DNA of 54,321 bases from IMG/VR virus record IMGVR_UViG_3300036985_004801, positions 1 to 54,321 of that record, one strand, 5' to 3'. Position 1 is the first letter of the stretch. Every line of letters begins with the position of its first letter. Below the pieces are notes generated by a model. It did not search any database. It was not told the DNA's origin and worked only from the letters and a program-made list of their open reading frames with translations. Source of the DNA: a virus (lineage: Duplodnaviria > Caudoviricetes). This document shows, piece after piece, positions 26,676 to 35,959 of the stretch. The position numbers were made by a program, and so were the translations under genes.

Positions 26676-28322
26676 ATGAGTTATTTTAGTCATGCTTACC
26701 GCAAATCATTTGTTGGTTCAAAAGCAACACAAGCATCAGTACCTGGGGTTTCTGCAGGTGTAGATGATGGATTCTTGCTAGATGCAGGTTTATCAACTGC
26801 TGTATTAGCTGATACATTAGCACCAAACGCTTTAGGTGTTGGTACTTATGGATTTTTTACTCCAGATACTTATGTATCAGTAAATGCTGCTTCTCCGGAA
26901 GTTGTTGCTGGTAAACCATTAGTATTTGCAGCTGCATCATTGTTTACAAATGATAAGATTGGACCATTCCACGGAGGATATAAAGAGTCTAATAAATCTA
27001 AAATGATCAATCCTAGATTTGTTCATAAATTTTCTAAAATGACAGGTTCTGCTTCTGAGCAATCAATTTGGCATGTAGGAAATACAAACTTAAACTTGAA
27101 TGGTATTGCTACTTTAGGTGCTATCGTTCCTGGTACTGGTTATACCAATGGTACGTACCTTAATGTTTCCTTAACAGGAGGTTCTGGGGTAGGTGCTACT
27201 GCTGATATTACTGTAGCCGGTGGTGTTGTTACTGTTATTACACTTGTTCATCCAGGTCAAGGTTATTTAGTTGGGGATATCTTAGGATTACCTGCTTCTA
27301 TTCCTTATGTTGCTGGTACGCTTGCATCTACTTCAGTTGCTACTACTCAGTACAATATCAATACTCCTTGTAGTTTTGATTTCTTATGTGGTGAAACATA
27401 TAATCTTCGTTTTGACTTATGGGGTTCTCCAGTTCTTCGTTTCTTAAATCATGATTTATACAAAACTTTAGCTGCATCTACTGGATGTTGTGCATCAGGT
27501 GCTATTGTACCTACTAATGTTGATTCAACTCTAGTAATGATTGATTGGGCTAATCAAATTGTAAATGATATTTGGTTACAAAACTTTGTTCAACCAATAG
27601 TTTATACTGAAACAGGAAGTCCTTTATTCCAAACTTCTGCTCAAGCAGTTGCAGCTGGTTATTTAACTTCTCTTACTACTATTGTTGAACCAGGATCTGC
27701 TAACGTATGGTCTAACTACGGTGTAGTTGGTGCTGTTGGTGCTACTGTTCCTCCAGTTGGTGGACATATCCCAGGTGCTTTAGCTGGTATTCGTTTTGTT
27801 ACTGCTTATGCTGATACTCAATTCAGTAACTGTTCATTCCAAAATACTGATTTCTATGAAAAAGAAATAGTTCAAATGAATGTATCTTTAACTGATTTAT
27901 CTGGTGATCCATGTGAATTTTCTGCTCTTTGTGCAACTAAAGAATATGCAGGATTTACAGGTCAAGGATTTGGTGAAACAGTATTGAGAGATGTTATTCT
28001 TGATGAGTCTTACTTACAAAATCATTTCTCAAATGATGTTCGTATCCGTGAGATTACTCAAGGAGATCAATATTTCTCTGCAGTTAACCGTGCTGCATTA
28101 TATACTCGCTATGTAATTCAACACAGTGTTCCTCGTTACAATAACCCATCTGGTGTTTATGATAATGATCAATATGCATTAAATGTTTATATCCCTGCTA
28201 CGGCTGGTGCTGCAACTTTGTTTGAAGCATTTATGGCTACATGGTTAGGTGCTGTTGCTGTCGGTGGTGTTGTTACTTTAACAACTTACGGTCACACACC
28301 ATTTGTTCCTGCAGTAATATAA
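26676..28322 (+). CDS. abundant virion structural protein (auxiliary capsid-type) with inserted GxGY beta module
   Basis: 548 aa, MCP-like codon bias, own terminator; internal GTGYT...GATADITV..GVV..ITLVHPGQGY module. Confidence 0.6.
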   Translation: MSYFSHAYRKSFVGSKATQASVPGVSAGVDDGFLLDAGLSTAVLADTLAPNALGVGTYGFFTPDTYVSVNAASPEVVAGKPLVFAAASLFTNDKIGPFHGGYKESNKSKMINPRFVHKFSKMTGSASEQSIWHVGNTNLNLNGIATLGAIVPGTGYTNGTYLNVSLTGGSGVGATADITVAGGVVTVITLVHPGQGYLVGDILGLPASIPYVAGTLASTSVATTQYNINTPCSFDFLCGETYNLRFDLWGSPVLRFLNHDLYKTLAASTGCCASGAIVPTNVDSTLVMIDWANQIVNDIWLQNFVQPIVYTETGSPLFQTSAQAVAAGYLTSLTTIVEPGSANVWSNYGVVGAVGATVPPVGGHIPGALAGIRFVTAYADTQFSNCSFQNTDFYEKEIVQMNVSLTDLSGDPCEFSALCATKEYAGFTGQGFGETVLRDVILDESYLQNHFSNDVRIREITQGDQYFSAVNRAALYTRYVIQHSVPRYNNPSGVYDNDQYALNVYIPATAGAATLFEAFMATWLGAVAVGGVVTLTTYGHTPFVPAVI

Positions 28323-28345
28323 TTATCAAGAAGTTTTAGTGTTCC

Positions 28346-28387
28346 GAAATGGAGAATGGAGGTTTTCTCTGTTCTCCATTTCTTTTT
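28346..28387 (+). terminator. intrinsic terminator
   Basis: GAAATGGAGAATGGAG-GTTTT-CTCTGTTCTCCATTTC plus T-run. Confidence 0.8.
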
Positions 28388-28399
28388 AAAAATACTTTT

Positions 28400-28960
28400 A
28401 TGGCAACAAATTCCTTAAGTTTAAATATTCCAAACATAATGACTGACTGTGTTCTTCGCATTGAAGACACAAGTATATACAGTTCACTAATGCCTTATAT
28501 CTGTCCTACAGTACAGGTGTTAGTTCCTGGTTATAGTGATTGTGTAACATTTAATGATACAACTGTTCCTAAAGTAATACAAGGCTTTGTGTTCAATTTA
28601 TCTGCATGTGATCTAAATATTCAAACTGCTAACTGTGGTTCTGAGTTTGATCCTTTACCTGATGGTATTTATGTAATTAAATACTCTCTTTCTCCTAATG
28701 ATAAGATGTATGTTGAATATAATCATCTGAGAGTTACTTCTCTAAGAGCGAAGTTGAAACAAGAATGGTGCAATTTAAAATTAAGTGCTTGTGAACCTAT
28801 ACCAGAAACTCAAAATAAATTTTTATCTTTGATGACAATTACTGGTTACATAGATGCCGCACAAGCTAAAGCAGAATATTGTTTAGATGCTTCTCAAGCT
28901 ATGGTTCTATATAACTATGCTAAGAAATTGTTAGATAATTATTCATGTAAAATCTGTTAA
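28400..28960 (+). CDS. tail-associated structural protein
   Basis: Start moved to ATG 28400 because the track start lies inside the terminator; LPDGIYxIKYS motif; Cys-rich. Confidence 0.6.
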   Translation: MATNSLSLNIPNIMTDCVLRIEDTSIYSSLMPYICPTVQVLVPGYSDCVTFNDTTVPKVIQGFVFNLSACDLNIQTANCGSEFDPLPDGIYVIKYSLSPNDKMYVEYNHLRVTSLRAKLKQEWCNLKLSACEPIPETQNKFLSLMTITGYIDAAQAKAEYCLDASQAMVLYNYAKKLLDNYSCKIC

Positions 28961-28962
28961 AA

Positions 28963-29100
28963 ATGGCAAAGATCTGTCCCAACTGTGGTACTTGTACATG
29001 CACAGGAACTTATTTAGTAAATGCAACAAACAGCACTCCGTGTTGTACTGCATGTGTTAATGCTGTCAATCAACAATTGGCAATTAATCAACCAAAATAA
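28963..29100 (+). CDS. 45-aa Cys-rich peptide
   Basis: Not in track; MAKICPNCGTCTCTGTYLVNATNSTPCCTACVNAVNQQLAINQPK. Confidence 0.65.
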   Translation: MAKICPNCGTCTCTGTYLVNATNSTPCCTACVNAVNQQLAINQPK

Positions 29101-29110
29101 AATTAGTGTA

Positions 29111-30592
29111 ATGATTAATGATAAAATATTTAAAAATAAAGGTGATGTTAAAAGGGATGATATAAGTTTTTACTATACTTTAGTAGACTGTTGTTCTAAC
29201 TTACCTTATGTATATCCAGAAGGTCATTATCTTGCTGGTTATCCAATGTATATATTATATGATGGATCATATAATGATGTCAGTCTTTATGATGTTTTAA
29301 ATAGTTTATCAATTATTACTTCTTTTCAAGATTCAACTGGCTTTACTATAGAAGGATGTTTTCTATTAAAGCCAGCAGAATCACCTACTGGAGGAAATCC
29401 TGTGAATTTAAGAAATTGGTTTGATGTATTTTATACCAATACTATTTTTACTGATTTATGTTGTGATTGCAATAGTAGTTGTAATTCATTATTTTTTCAA
29501 TTTCCTAATAATCGTACAGAAACTGCAGGGCAACTTACTTTTAGTTTTGTTGGTCCTACAGGTAATTATAATGGTAGAAACTATTATCAAATTATTATAA
29601 ATGGTAATGCTTATTATGTATGGTATTCTACAATGGATACTTGCTGGTATTACACTAATACCTTAGGTGTACTTGGAGGAGGATTTTTTCAATTAGCTAT
29701 AGATTCTTTGATACCGGCTATTCCTGGTGAAATTTCTAGTTGGAGTACTGAAGGTGAAGGAATTATGCAATCATATATTTGTGTTGCAGAAGATCCAATT
29801 ATTCCTATAGTAGTTAATACATATCCTGAGGAAAGATATCAACTTACTTGTTGTTCTACAGGTGAAGCATTAATAATTAATGGCTTGCCAGGTATCTTTG
29901 TTTTTAAAGGTATTATTAAAAATGGTAATCATCCAGATGACTTCTTAGAAGTAGTACTTACATCTATTAAAGATATCAATGGTAACTTAATTACTGGGTG
30001 TTATAGAGTAACTGAAGCTGAATGTTATGATGAGTATCAAGAATTACTATGGGAAGATGTTTTTATTGAAACTGAGTGCGTAAGTACTTGTAGTGAGTGT
30101 TTACCTTCACCTGTTGTCATTCCTGCCATTTTAAACCATAAAACGATCTATCCTACATTTACTGTTAATAATGTAGATGCAGATGAAGCAGAGAGAATAT
30201 TCTGTGCATTTGGTGATGGTATGTATCAAAAAGTATTAGCTTTGAAGTATGGTATACAGTTCTGCTGTCCTGCCGATCTTCAACAAGCTCAAATTGAATT
30301 AGAGATATTAAAAATGGATATTGCTTTAGATCCTGATAGATGTTGTACTGTTGCTCCGTTACCTGGTACTTGTAAAAAGTATATAGTGACTATTCCTAGT
30401 GGAGTTGAAGGGTATTTGTATTTCAGAGATTGTGATAGTAACCATATTCATGTGCAGTTTTCTCAGTCTAGCACACCTTTTGAAACTTATGTGTGTGGTA
30501 TTACTGGTCAAACAAGTGCTGACATTTATATATTAGCAAATAACTCAACTATAATTCCTGCTTCCTTCATTGAGAGTGTAGATTGTATTTAA
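29111..30592 (+). CDS. Cys-rich structural protein
   Basis: Start moved to ATG 29111; two YxLxxCC...GCY/F modules; YGIQFCC. Confidence 0.6.
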   Translation: MINDKIFKNKGDVKRDDISFYYTLVDCCSNLPYVYPEGHYLAGYPMYILYDGSYNDVSLYDVLNSLSIITSFQDSTGFTIEGCFLLKPAESPTGGNPVNLRNWFDVFYTNTIFTDLCCDCNSSCNSLFFQFPNNRTETAGQLTFSFVGPTGNYNGRNYYQIIINGNAYYVWYSTMDTCWYYTNTLGVLGGGFFQLAIDSLIPAIPGEISSWSTEGEGIMQSYICVAEDPIIPIVVNTYPEERYQLTCCSTGEALIINGLPGIFVFKGIIKNGNHPDDFLEVVLTSIKDINGNLITGCYRVTEAECYDEYQELLWEDVFIETECVSTCSECLPSPVVIPAILNHKTIYPTFTVNNVDADEAERIFCAFGDGMYQKVLALKYGIQFCCPADLQQAQIELEILKMDIALDPDRCCTVAPLPGTCKKYIVTIPSGVEGYLYFRDCDSNHIHVQFSQSSTPFETYVCGITGQTSADIYILANNSTIIPASFIESVDCI

Positions 30593-30611
30593 GATATTAG
30601 GATAATTAATT

Positions 30612-30630
30612 AAAATTTTGTATATTATTA
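30612..30630 (+). promoter_or_regulatory. phage-type motif AAAATTTTGTATATTATTA
   Basis: 3 nt before ATG 30634; near-identical to 44181 and 2646 motifs. Confidence 0.55.
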
Positions 30631-30633
30631 GTT

Positions 30634-31146
30634 ATGGGAAAACCGACAAACACTAGAAGCACTGGATGTGCAGTCACAACAAGTAACTGTGTTGTATGGC
30701 AAGGTCCAGATTTATGTTGTATTGATCTTTGTAATGGAGATTCAATTAGCGAAGTTATAAATGAACTTGCAAAAAAGATTTGTAAAATATTTGAATTACT
30801 TGATGTACAGTCTTATGATTTATCTGAATTAATATCTATTGAGTGTCCCCCTGCAAATTTTGTAGAGGTGGTTCAATTACTTATTGATGAAATAGCTAAA
30901 TTAAAAGGTACTCCTACATCTGTAACACCAGGTTCTTCTGGATGTCCTGACTGTGATGTATCTGTTTCAGCTTGTTTTCAAGCACAGTATGGAACAGTTA
31001 TATCTTTAACAGATTATGTTACAGCTATCGGGGTTAAAGTATGTGATCAACAGGTTTTGATTCAAACTCAAAATAATGCTATTGCACAACTGACATCGCA
31101 AATAGCAAGCATTCAAGCACAGTTGAATTTATTAATTGGAGGATAA
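30634..31146 (+). CDS. Cys-rich fibre protein with C-terminal coiled coil
   Basis: SNCVVWQGPDL.C motif; heptad-rich C-terminus. Confidence 0.6.
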   Translation: MGKPTNTRSTGCAVTTSNCVVWQGPDLCCIDLCNGDSISEVINELAKKICKIFELLDVQSYDLSELISIECPPANFVEVVQLLIDEIAKLKGTPTSVTPGSSGCPDCDVSVSACFQAQYGTVISLTDYVTAIGVKVCDQQVLIQTQNNAIAQLTSQIASIQAQLNLLIGG

Positions 31147-31147
31147 G

Positions 31148-31879
31148 ATGAAAAAAAGATGTGTTTCCCAAAATAATGCAATTGTATTAGATACAACTGT
31201 AGTATGTCCTTGTCCAATAGTTCCTCCTGTAGTTACTGGGTGTATTGATCCTTTAACATATACATTTAATATAGCAGTTGCTAACTCTATTCAAGATGGT
31301 GTTAGTGTTGATGAAGCTTTAGATAGACTACTTGATACAGGTATGATACTTCCATCAGGTGATGAAATATGTTGTCCTGATTGTAGTGAGTCACCATTCT
31401 ATTCTTTGTCATCAATTGAAACTTTATTAAAGTTAGCTGGAGCACTTGACTGGTTAAAAATGGTTCCAAGAGCAATAAATTATTGTTGTATAAATACAGA
31501 TAGTTCTATTGAAACATATTTAAAATATAACGAAGCAATGGCTTCAGGAGGTGATCTTCCTGAATGTTGTGATACAAATTTCACTAGTTGTGTTGCTACA
31601 TTAAATAGTTATGGTATTTTAGCAAAAGGTATTGCTGAAGTTAATACATTAAATGGAGATACAGCAATTTGTACTTTACTTAATTTACTTACATCTATTT
31701 CAGAACCAGCATATTTAACAGGAACAATTACTGATTTTTTTAGTAGATTCTTAGATAAAGGATTTGTTGCTTTTTGTTGTGGTTGTAATATTGTTATAGG
31801 TAGTGTGGAAACCTTTTTAAAGTATTATGAAACTGGAGCTTGTCCTGATATATTTCCACCAGCTAAAATTAAAGAATAA
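31148..31879 (+). CDS. Cys-rich structural protein, paralog A
   Basis: CIDPL...ICCPDC...CCI...CCDTNF...FLKYY; start at ATG 31148 (track 31136). Confidence 0.6.
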   Translation: MKKRCVSQNNAIVLDTTVVCPCPIVPPVVTGCIDPLTYTFNIAVANSIQDGVSVDEALDRLLDTGMILPSGDEICCPDCSESPFYSLSSIETLLKLAGALDWLKMVPRAINYCCINTDSSIETYLKYNEAMASGGDLPECCDTNFTSCVATLNSYGILAKGIAEVNTLNGDTAICTLLNLLTSISEPAYLTGTITDFFSRFLDKGFVAFCCGCNIVIGSVETFLKYYETGACPDIFPPAKIKE

Positions 31880-32628
31880 TGAGTTGTTTAAAATGTAATG
31901 CAAATAAGTGTACATGTGAAACATCACTATGTATTAATCCTTTGATTTATTTATTTAAGGAAGTGTTTTCTTTAATAGGTACAACTTCTGGTGATGGAGG
32001 ATTTGCTAAGGCTGTCCCAGCTAAAGCTCCTGATCCAGTACCAATGACATATACTTTAGCTTCAGCTTTAGAATATACATTATCTCAAGGTATTTCTATC
32101 TCTAATAACAAAAATATATGTTGTCCTGATTGTAGATCAGGAATATATGCTTTAGGAAATCTTACTGTATTTCAAAATTTATTAAATATTCTTACTCCAT
32201 CAGATATTTGTTGTATTGAACATTATAGTAGTTTACAAACTTGGATGGTTTTTCAAGAATCATGGGCTAGATTTCATGATGGCAAAATTAAATGTTGTGA
32301 TACAGATTTTAATGAAGTTGTTACAGAATGGATAGCAGCATCAAGTTCTGTAAATTCTAACTATTATTTAGATACTATTATAAATGAGGGGATCTTTGAA
32401 GAGTCTTCATTTAATGGATATAGTGGTTTAGGAATTTTATTTAATTTTCTTCAATTAAATCATCCTGAATTAACAGCAGATGATTATTTAGATATTTTAG
32501 GTATTATGATGGAGCAAGGTGTTGTTGTTTATTGTTCTGATTGTTCAATAACTATTAGCAATGAACCTTCTTTTGAAAAATATTATGGTGGGAAAAAAAA
32601 AGAAATGTTAATAAATAAAATTTTATAA
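31879..32628 (+). CDS. Cys-rich structural protein, paralog B
   Basis: CINPL...ICCPDC...CCI...CCDTDF...FEKYY, colinear with the previous gene. Confidence 0.6.
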   Translation: MSCLKCNANKCTCETSLCINPLIYLFKEVFSLIGTTSGDGGFAKAVPAKAPDPVPMTYTLASALEYTLSQGISISNNKNICCPDCRSGIYALGNLTVFQNLLNILTPSDICCIEHYSSLQTWMVFQESWARFHDGKIKCCDTDFNEVVTEWIAASSSVNSNYYLDTIINEGIFEESSFNGYSGLGILFNFLQLNHPELTADDYLDILGIMMEQGVVVYCSDCSITISNEPSFEKYYGGKKKEMLINKIL

Positions 32629-32629
32629 A

Positions 32630-33670
32630 ATGGGATGTTCATCTTGTCAACAAAATAATCATACAGCACCTGCTGTAACAACAAGTACTCAATCTTTATG
32701 TGATTGTGCATGTGGTTGTGCTGAACCAGTATGTCCTACACCTCAACCATGTACAGAGATTACTGATTCTAAATGTATTGTATATACTGATCTTGCTATT
32801 AGTTGTGGAAATGAAGTTGTTGTAACAACTAACTCTTCTATATCAACAGCATTAAATCAAATAGTAAGTTATTTTTGTGGTGTTGAAGTACCATCAATAG
32901 CAGAAGATATATTATGTAATGGAGATATAATTGTTCCAGCTGGAACTTTAGTACAAGATGCTATAGTAATTTTAGCTGAATATATTTGTAATCTTAATAC
33001 TTCTGTAGATAGCATATTACTTGATATTCCAATCTTACAATTATGTTGTGCTGATAACACTGCATCTAGTTATGTACAAGCTGGTGAAATTGCAGCATTG
33101 CAGACATGTTGTACTGATAATACTGCAGCTAATGTTATACAAGATGGTGATATTGCAACCTTGCAAGGAGATGTAGGTACAATAAATGGAAATTTAATTT
33201 CTGTTATAGGTGATATTGCTTTATTGCAAACTTGCTGTACTGATAATACGGCAGCTAATGTTGTACAAGACGGTGCTATTACAGCATTGCAAGGAGATGT
33301 AAGTACAATCAATTCTACATTGTTAACTCTTGCTCCTAAGTATAAATCTTATGTTGCACAGTTAACACAAGCAAGTATTAGTGATCCTACAGTATTGGTA
33401 TTAGACAATGAATTAAGTGGGCCAATAGTTTGGACTAGATATGCACAAGGATATTATCAAGGTACTTTAGTTGGTGCATTTCCAACTGCCAAAACTGTAA
33501 TTTTTATGCAAGTAAATAATCCAGTAGTTGCTACTTATGGATTAAGTTATGTTGTGTATAGACAAAGTGATGATGTAATAACTTTAATAACTCAAGTAAA
33601 TGATGCTACATCTACTATAGTTGATGATTTATTATTCTCAGCACCAATTGAAATTAGAGTATATAATTAA
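32630..33670 (+). CDS. Cys-rich coiled-coil fibre protein
   Basis: Cys-rich N-terminus, LQxCCxDNT repeats in heptads, C-terminal beta domain ending IEIRVYN. Confidence 0.65.
   Translation: MGCSSCQQNNHTAPAVTTSTQSLCDCACGCAEPVCPTPQPCTEITDSKCIVYTDLAISCGNEVVVTTNSSISTALNQIVSYFCGVEVPSIAEDILCNGDIIVPAGTLVQDAIVILAEYICNLNTSVDSILLDIPILQLCCADNTASSYVQAGEIAALQTCCTDNTAANVIQDGDIATLQGDVGTINGNLISVIGDIALLQTCCTDNTAANVVQDGAITALQGDVSTINSTLLTLAPKYKSYVAQLTQASISDPTVLVLDNELSGPIVWTRYAQGYYQGTLVGAFPTAKTVIFMQVNNPVVATYGLSYVVYRQSDDVITLITQVNDATSTIVDDLLFSAPIEIRVYN
33098..33313 (+). repeat. intragenic duplication with 126-nt (42-aa, six-heptad) period
   Basis: LQTCCTDNTAANVIQDGDIATLQGDVGTIN from 33098 and LQTCCTDNTAANVVQDGAITALQGDVSTIN from 33224. 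Confidence 0.85.
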
Positions 33671-33684
33671 TTAAATATAATCTT

Positions 33685-34182
33685 ATGTGTTTTACTTGTG
33701 GAAATAATAGTTGTGCTGGAAACTGCAATGCAATACCAAAAGGATTAAGAGGTCCTAGAGGTCATGTTGGAGAAAAAGGTGATACTGGACTTACTGGTCC
33801 AATTGGACTTACTGGTCCGCAAGGTCCTTCTGGTGCACAAGGTTTAACTGGTCCTCAAGGTATTCAAGGAGTTCCTGGTTCATCAGGTACTGGTGGTTCT
33901 CCGGGAGCTATGGGAATTGCTGGATTACCTGGACTTAATGGTGTAGATGGAACTAATGGTATTGATGGTGTTACAGGGCCTCAAGGGATTCAAGGTATTC
34001 AAGGAGATCAAGGATATTCTGGTAGAGGTATTGCTATGTTTTCACAAACTAGTCAACCAACTCCTGCAGACTTTAATGCTGCTTATGGTGGTATTGAAGG
34101 ATATGGTGTGAACTTTGTTCCTGCCTCAGGAAATGATGCTCTTAAAGCAGGAGATATTTGGATTCAATCATGTACAGCATAA
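33685..34182 (+). CDS. collagen-like fibre protein
   Basis: Cys-rich N-terminal cap followed by long Gly-X-Y run. Confidence 0.85.
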   Translation: MCFTCGNNSCAGNCNAIPKGLRGPRGHVGEKGDTGLTGPIGLTGPQGPSGAQGLTGPQGIQGVPGSSGTGGSPGAMGIAGLPGLNGVDGTNGIDGVTGPQGIQGIQGDQGYSGRGIAMFSQTSQPTPADFNAAYGGIEGYGVNFVPASGNDALKAGDIWIQSCTA

Positions 34183-34188
34183 TATAGT

Positions 34189-35943
34189 ATGAGCACATAT
34201 AAAATGTTTGATGGTACTAATTGGATTGATCCATGTGATTGTAATATTAATATTATTGATTCAACTGGTACATTTAAATTATTAGATCCTAGAGGTTGTG
34301 TATTAAATTATTTTGATGGTACATCATGGTGTCCTATTACATGTCCTTGCATATGTCCACCAGGATATATTTATAATGATGCAACTAATGCTTGTGAAAC
34401 AACTTATATAATCCCAGCGACTCCTAGTGGAGGAAGTACCGTGCCAATTGTTCACGGTGATGTAAGTCCTAGTTACGGAAGTACAGGAACTAGGTTATAT
34501 GAAGATATTTCTACTAAAACTTTTCCTTTAAATGGATGGCAAGATAGTTCTTTGTGTCCTATTCCAACTCCCTTTTGTAGTCCTGGCTATCAAGTTTATG
34601 AAAATTCTGGTGTTGGAACTATGTTAACTGTTGATGCTACAGCTATAGCAGGTAATAATGTATTTGTTAATCCTGGTACTAATAACGATAGACTAAATAC
34701 AGCAGGTATATGGGCTACAGGATATGGTGACAATCAATGGCTACCTCTTGAATTTTGTATAAATATAGATATAGAAAAAACCTATATATTTGCAATGGCT
34801 GGAGATAATCAAGTTAAAGCAAGTATAACATCTTCAACTTTCATGGGAGGGGTAACTAATTTTAATCTTGTAAATTTATGGGGTTCACAAAGTCCAACAG
34901 GTTCACCCGTAAGTGGTAGTGTACTAAGAACTTTTAGTATTTGGCACATGTTTCCAATTACATTACCTGTAGGAAATCATATTTTACAATTATCAGGAAT
35001 GGATTTTGGTACACCGCAGTCATTTGGTGCAGAAATTTATGATATACCTATTGGAAATCCTGGAGATGTTTGGCCGATTGATCAAACAATGCGTGCATTT
35101 TTAGCAAGTACTATTGTTACTCAAGCAGATCTTGCACCTTTTATTACTTTTTCAACAGAACAATTAGTTCAAACTCCACCATTATTAATTGCAGCTGTAG
35201 GAGAAACAATTACTTGGACCTGTCCTCCAGGAACTGTATTAGATTATTGTCAAGGTGTTCCAGCATGCTTAGTAACTGACTTAGTTCCATGTGATGGTGG
35301 TACTCCAATAACTGATAAAACTGAAATAAATATTTGGTTTGATAATTCTGGTTCAATGACATCTACTAGAGATCCATTAGATGTTATGCGTGCTACTATA
35401 TTACAAACTTCATTATTACCTTACTATGGGAATGATGTTATTTTATATAATAAAAGAGTAAAAGTACTCAACATGTTTGATAATGGTTGGAATTATGATG
35501 AACGCTTTGTAAGATGCCTTGCTACAGAAAGAAACTTTAATAGAGCAGTTGATGCTACAGTTGATCAAGTTATTAATTTAACTTATTCTGATGAATCAGA
35601 TGTATATGGTTATGGCGATAGTGCAATGTTTAATCCAACTAGTTTTACAACAATCTATGCTTTAGATATTGCTTATTTAAGAACTGTAATGTCTACAGTA
35701 GGATATACTATTAAGGGAACTGCTTTTAGAGTTAATACTGGACCAAGTTCTTATCCTGGATTTAGAGAATTAACAAAAGCAACTTTTATAAATAATGGTG
35801 CATATACTCCTCCAGATAATGTAAATGATTATTATGCAATTAACTTTAATTGTAATTTAGATACACTAGCAGGATCTACTCCTACTTACTATAAGAATCA
35901 AATTACTGCTGCTATGGCTGCTTTAGGAATAGATATACCATAA
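34189..35943 (+). CDS. Cys-rich receptor-binding candidate with C-terminal VWA-like domain
   Basis: CPPGYIYNDATNAC module; INIWFDNSGSM is a MIDAS DxSxS motif, later YSDESD. Confidence 0.55.
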   Translation: MSTYKMFDGTNWIDPCDCNINIIDSTGTFKLLDPRGCVLNYFDGTSWCPITCPCICPPGYIYNDATNACETTYIIPATPSGGSTVPIVHGDVSPSYGSTGTRLYEDISTKTFPLNGWQDSSLCPIPTPFCSPGYQVYENSGVGTMLTVDATAIAGNNVFVNPGTNNDRLNTAGIWATGYGDNQWLPLEFCINIDIEKTYIFAMAGDNQVKASITSSTFMGGVTNFNLVNLWGSQSPTGSPVSGSVLRTFSIWHMFPITLPVGNHILQLSGMDFGTPQSFGAEIYDIPIGNPGDVWPIDQTMRAFLASTIVTQADLAPFITFSTEQLVQTPPLLIAAVGETITWTCPPGTVLDYCQGVPACLVTDLVPCDGGTPITDKTEINIWFDNSGSMTSTRDPLDVMRATILQTSLLPYYGNDVILYNKRVKVLNMFDNGWNYDERFVRCLATERNFNRAVDATVDQVINLTYSDESDVYGYGDSAMFNPTSFTTIYALDIAYLRTVMSTVGYTIKGTAFRVNTGPSSYPGFRELTKATFINNGAYTPPDNVNDYYAINFNCNLDTLAGSTPTYYKNQITAAMAALGIDIP

Positions 35944-35959
35944 TATAAAATATAAAGAC

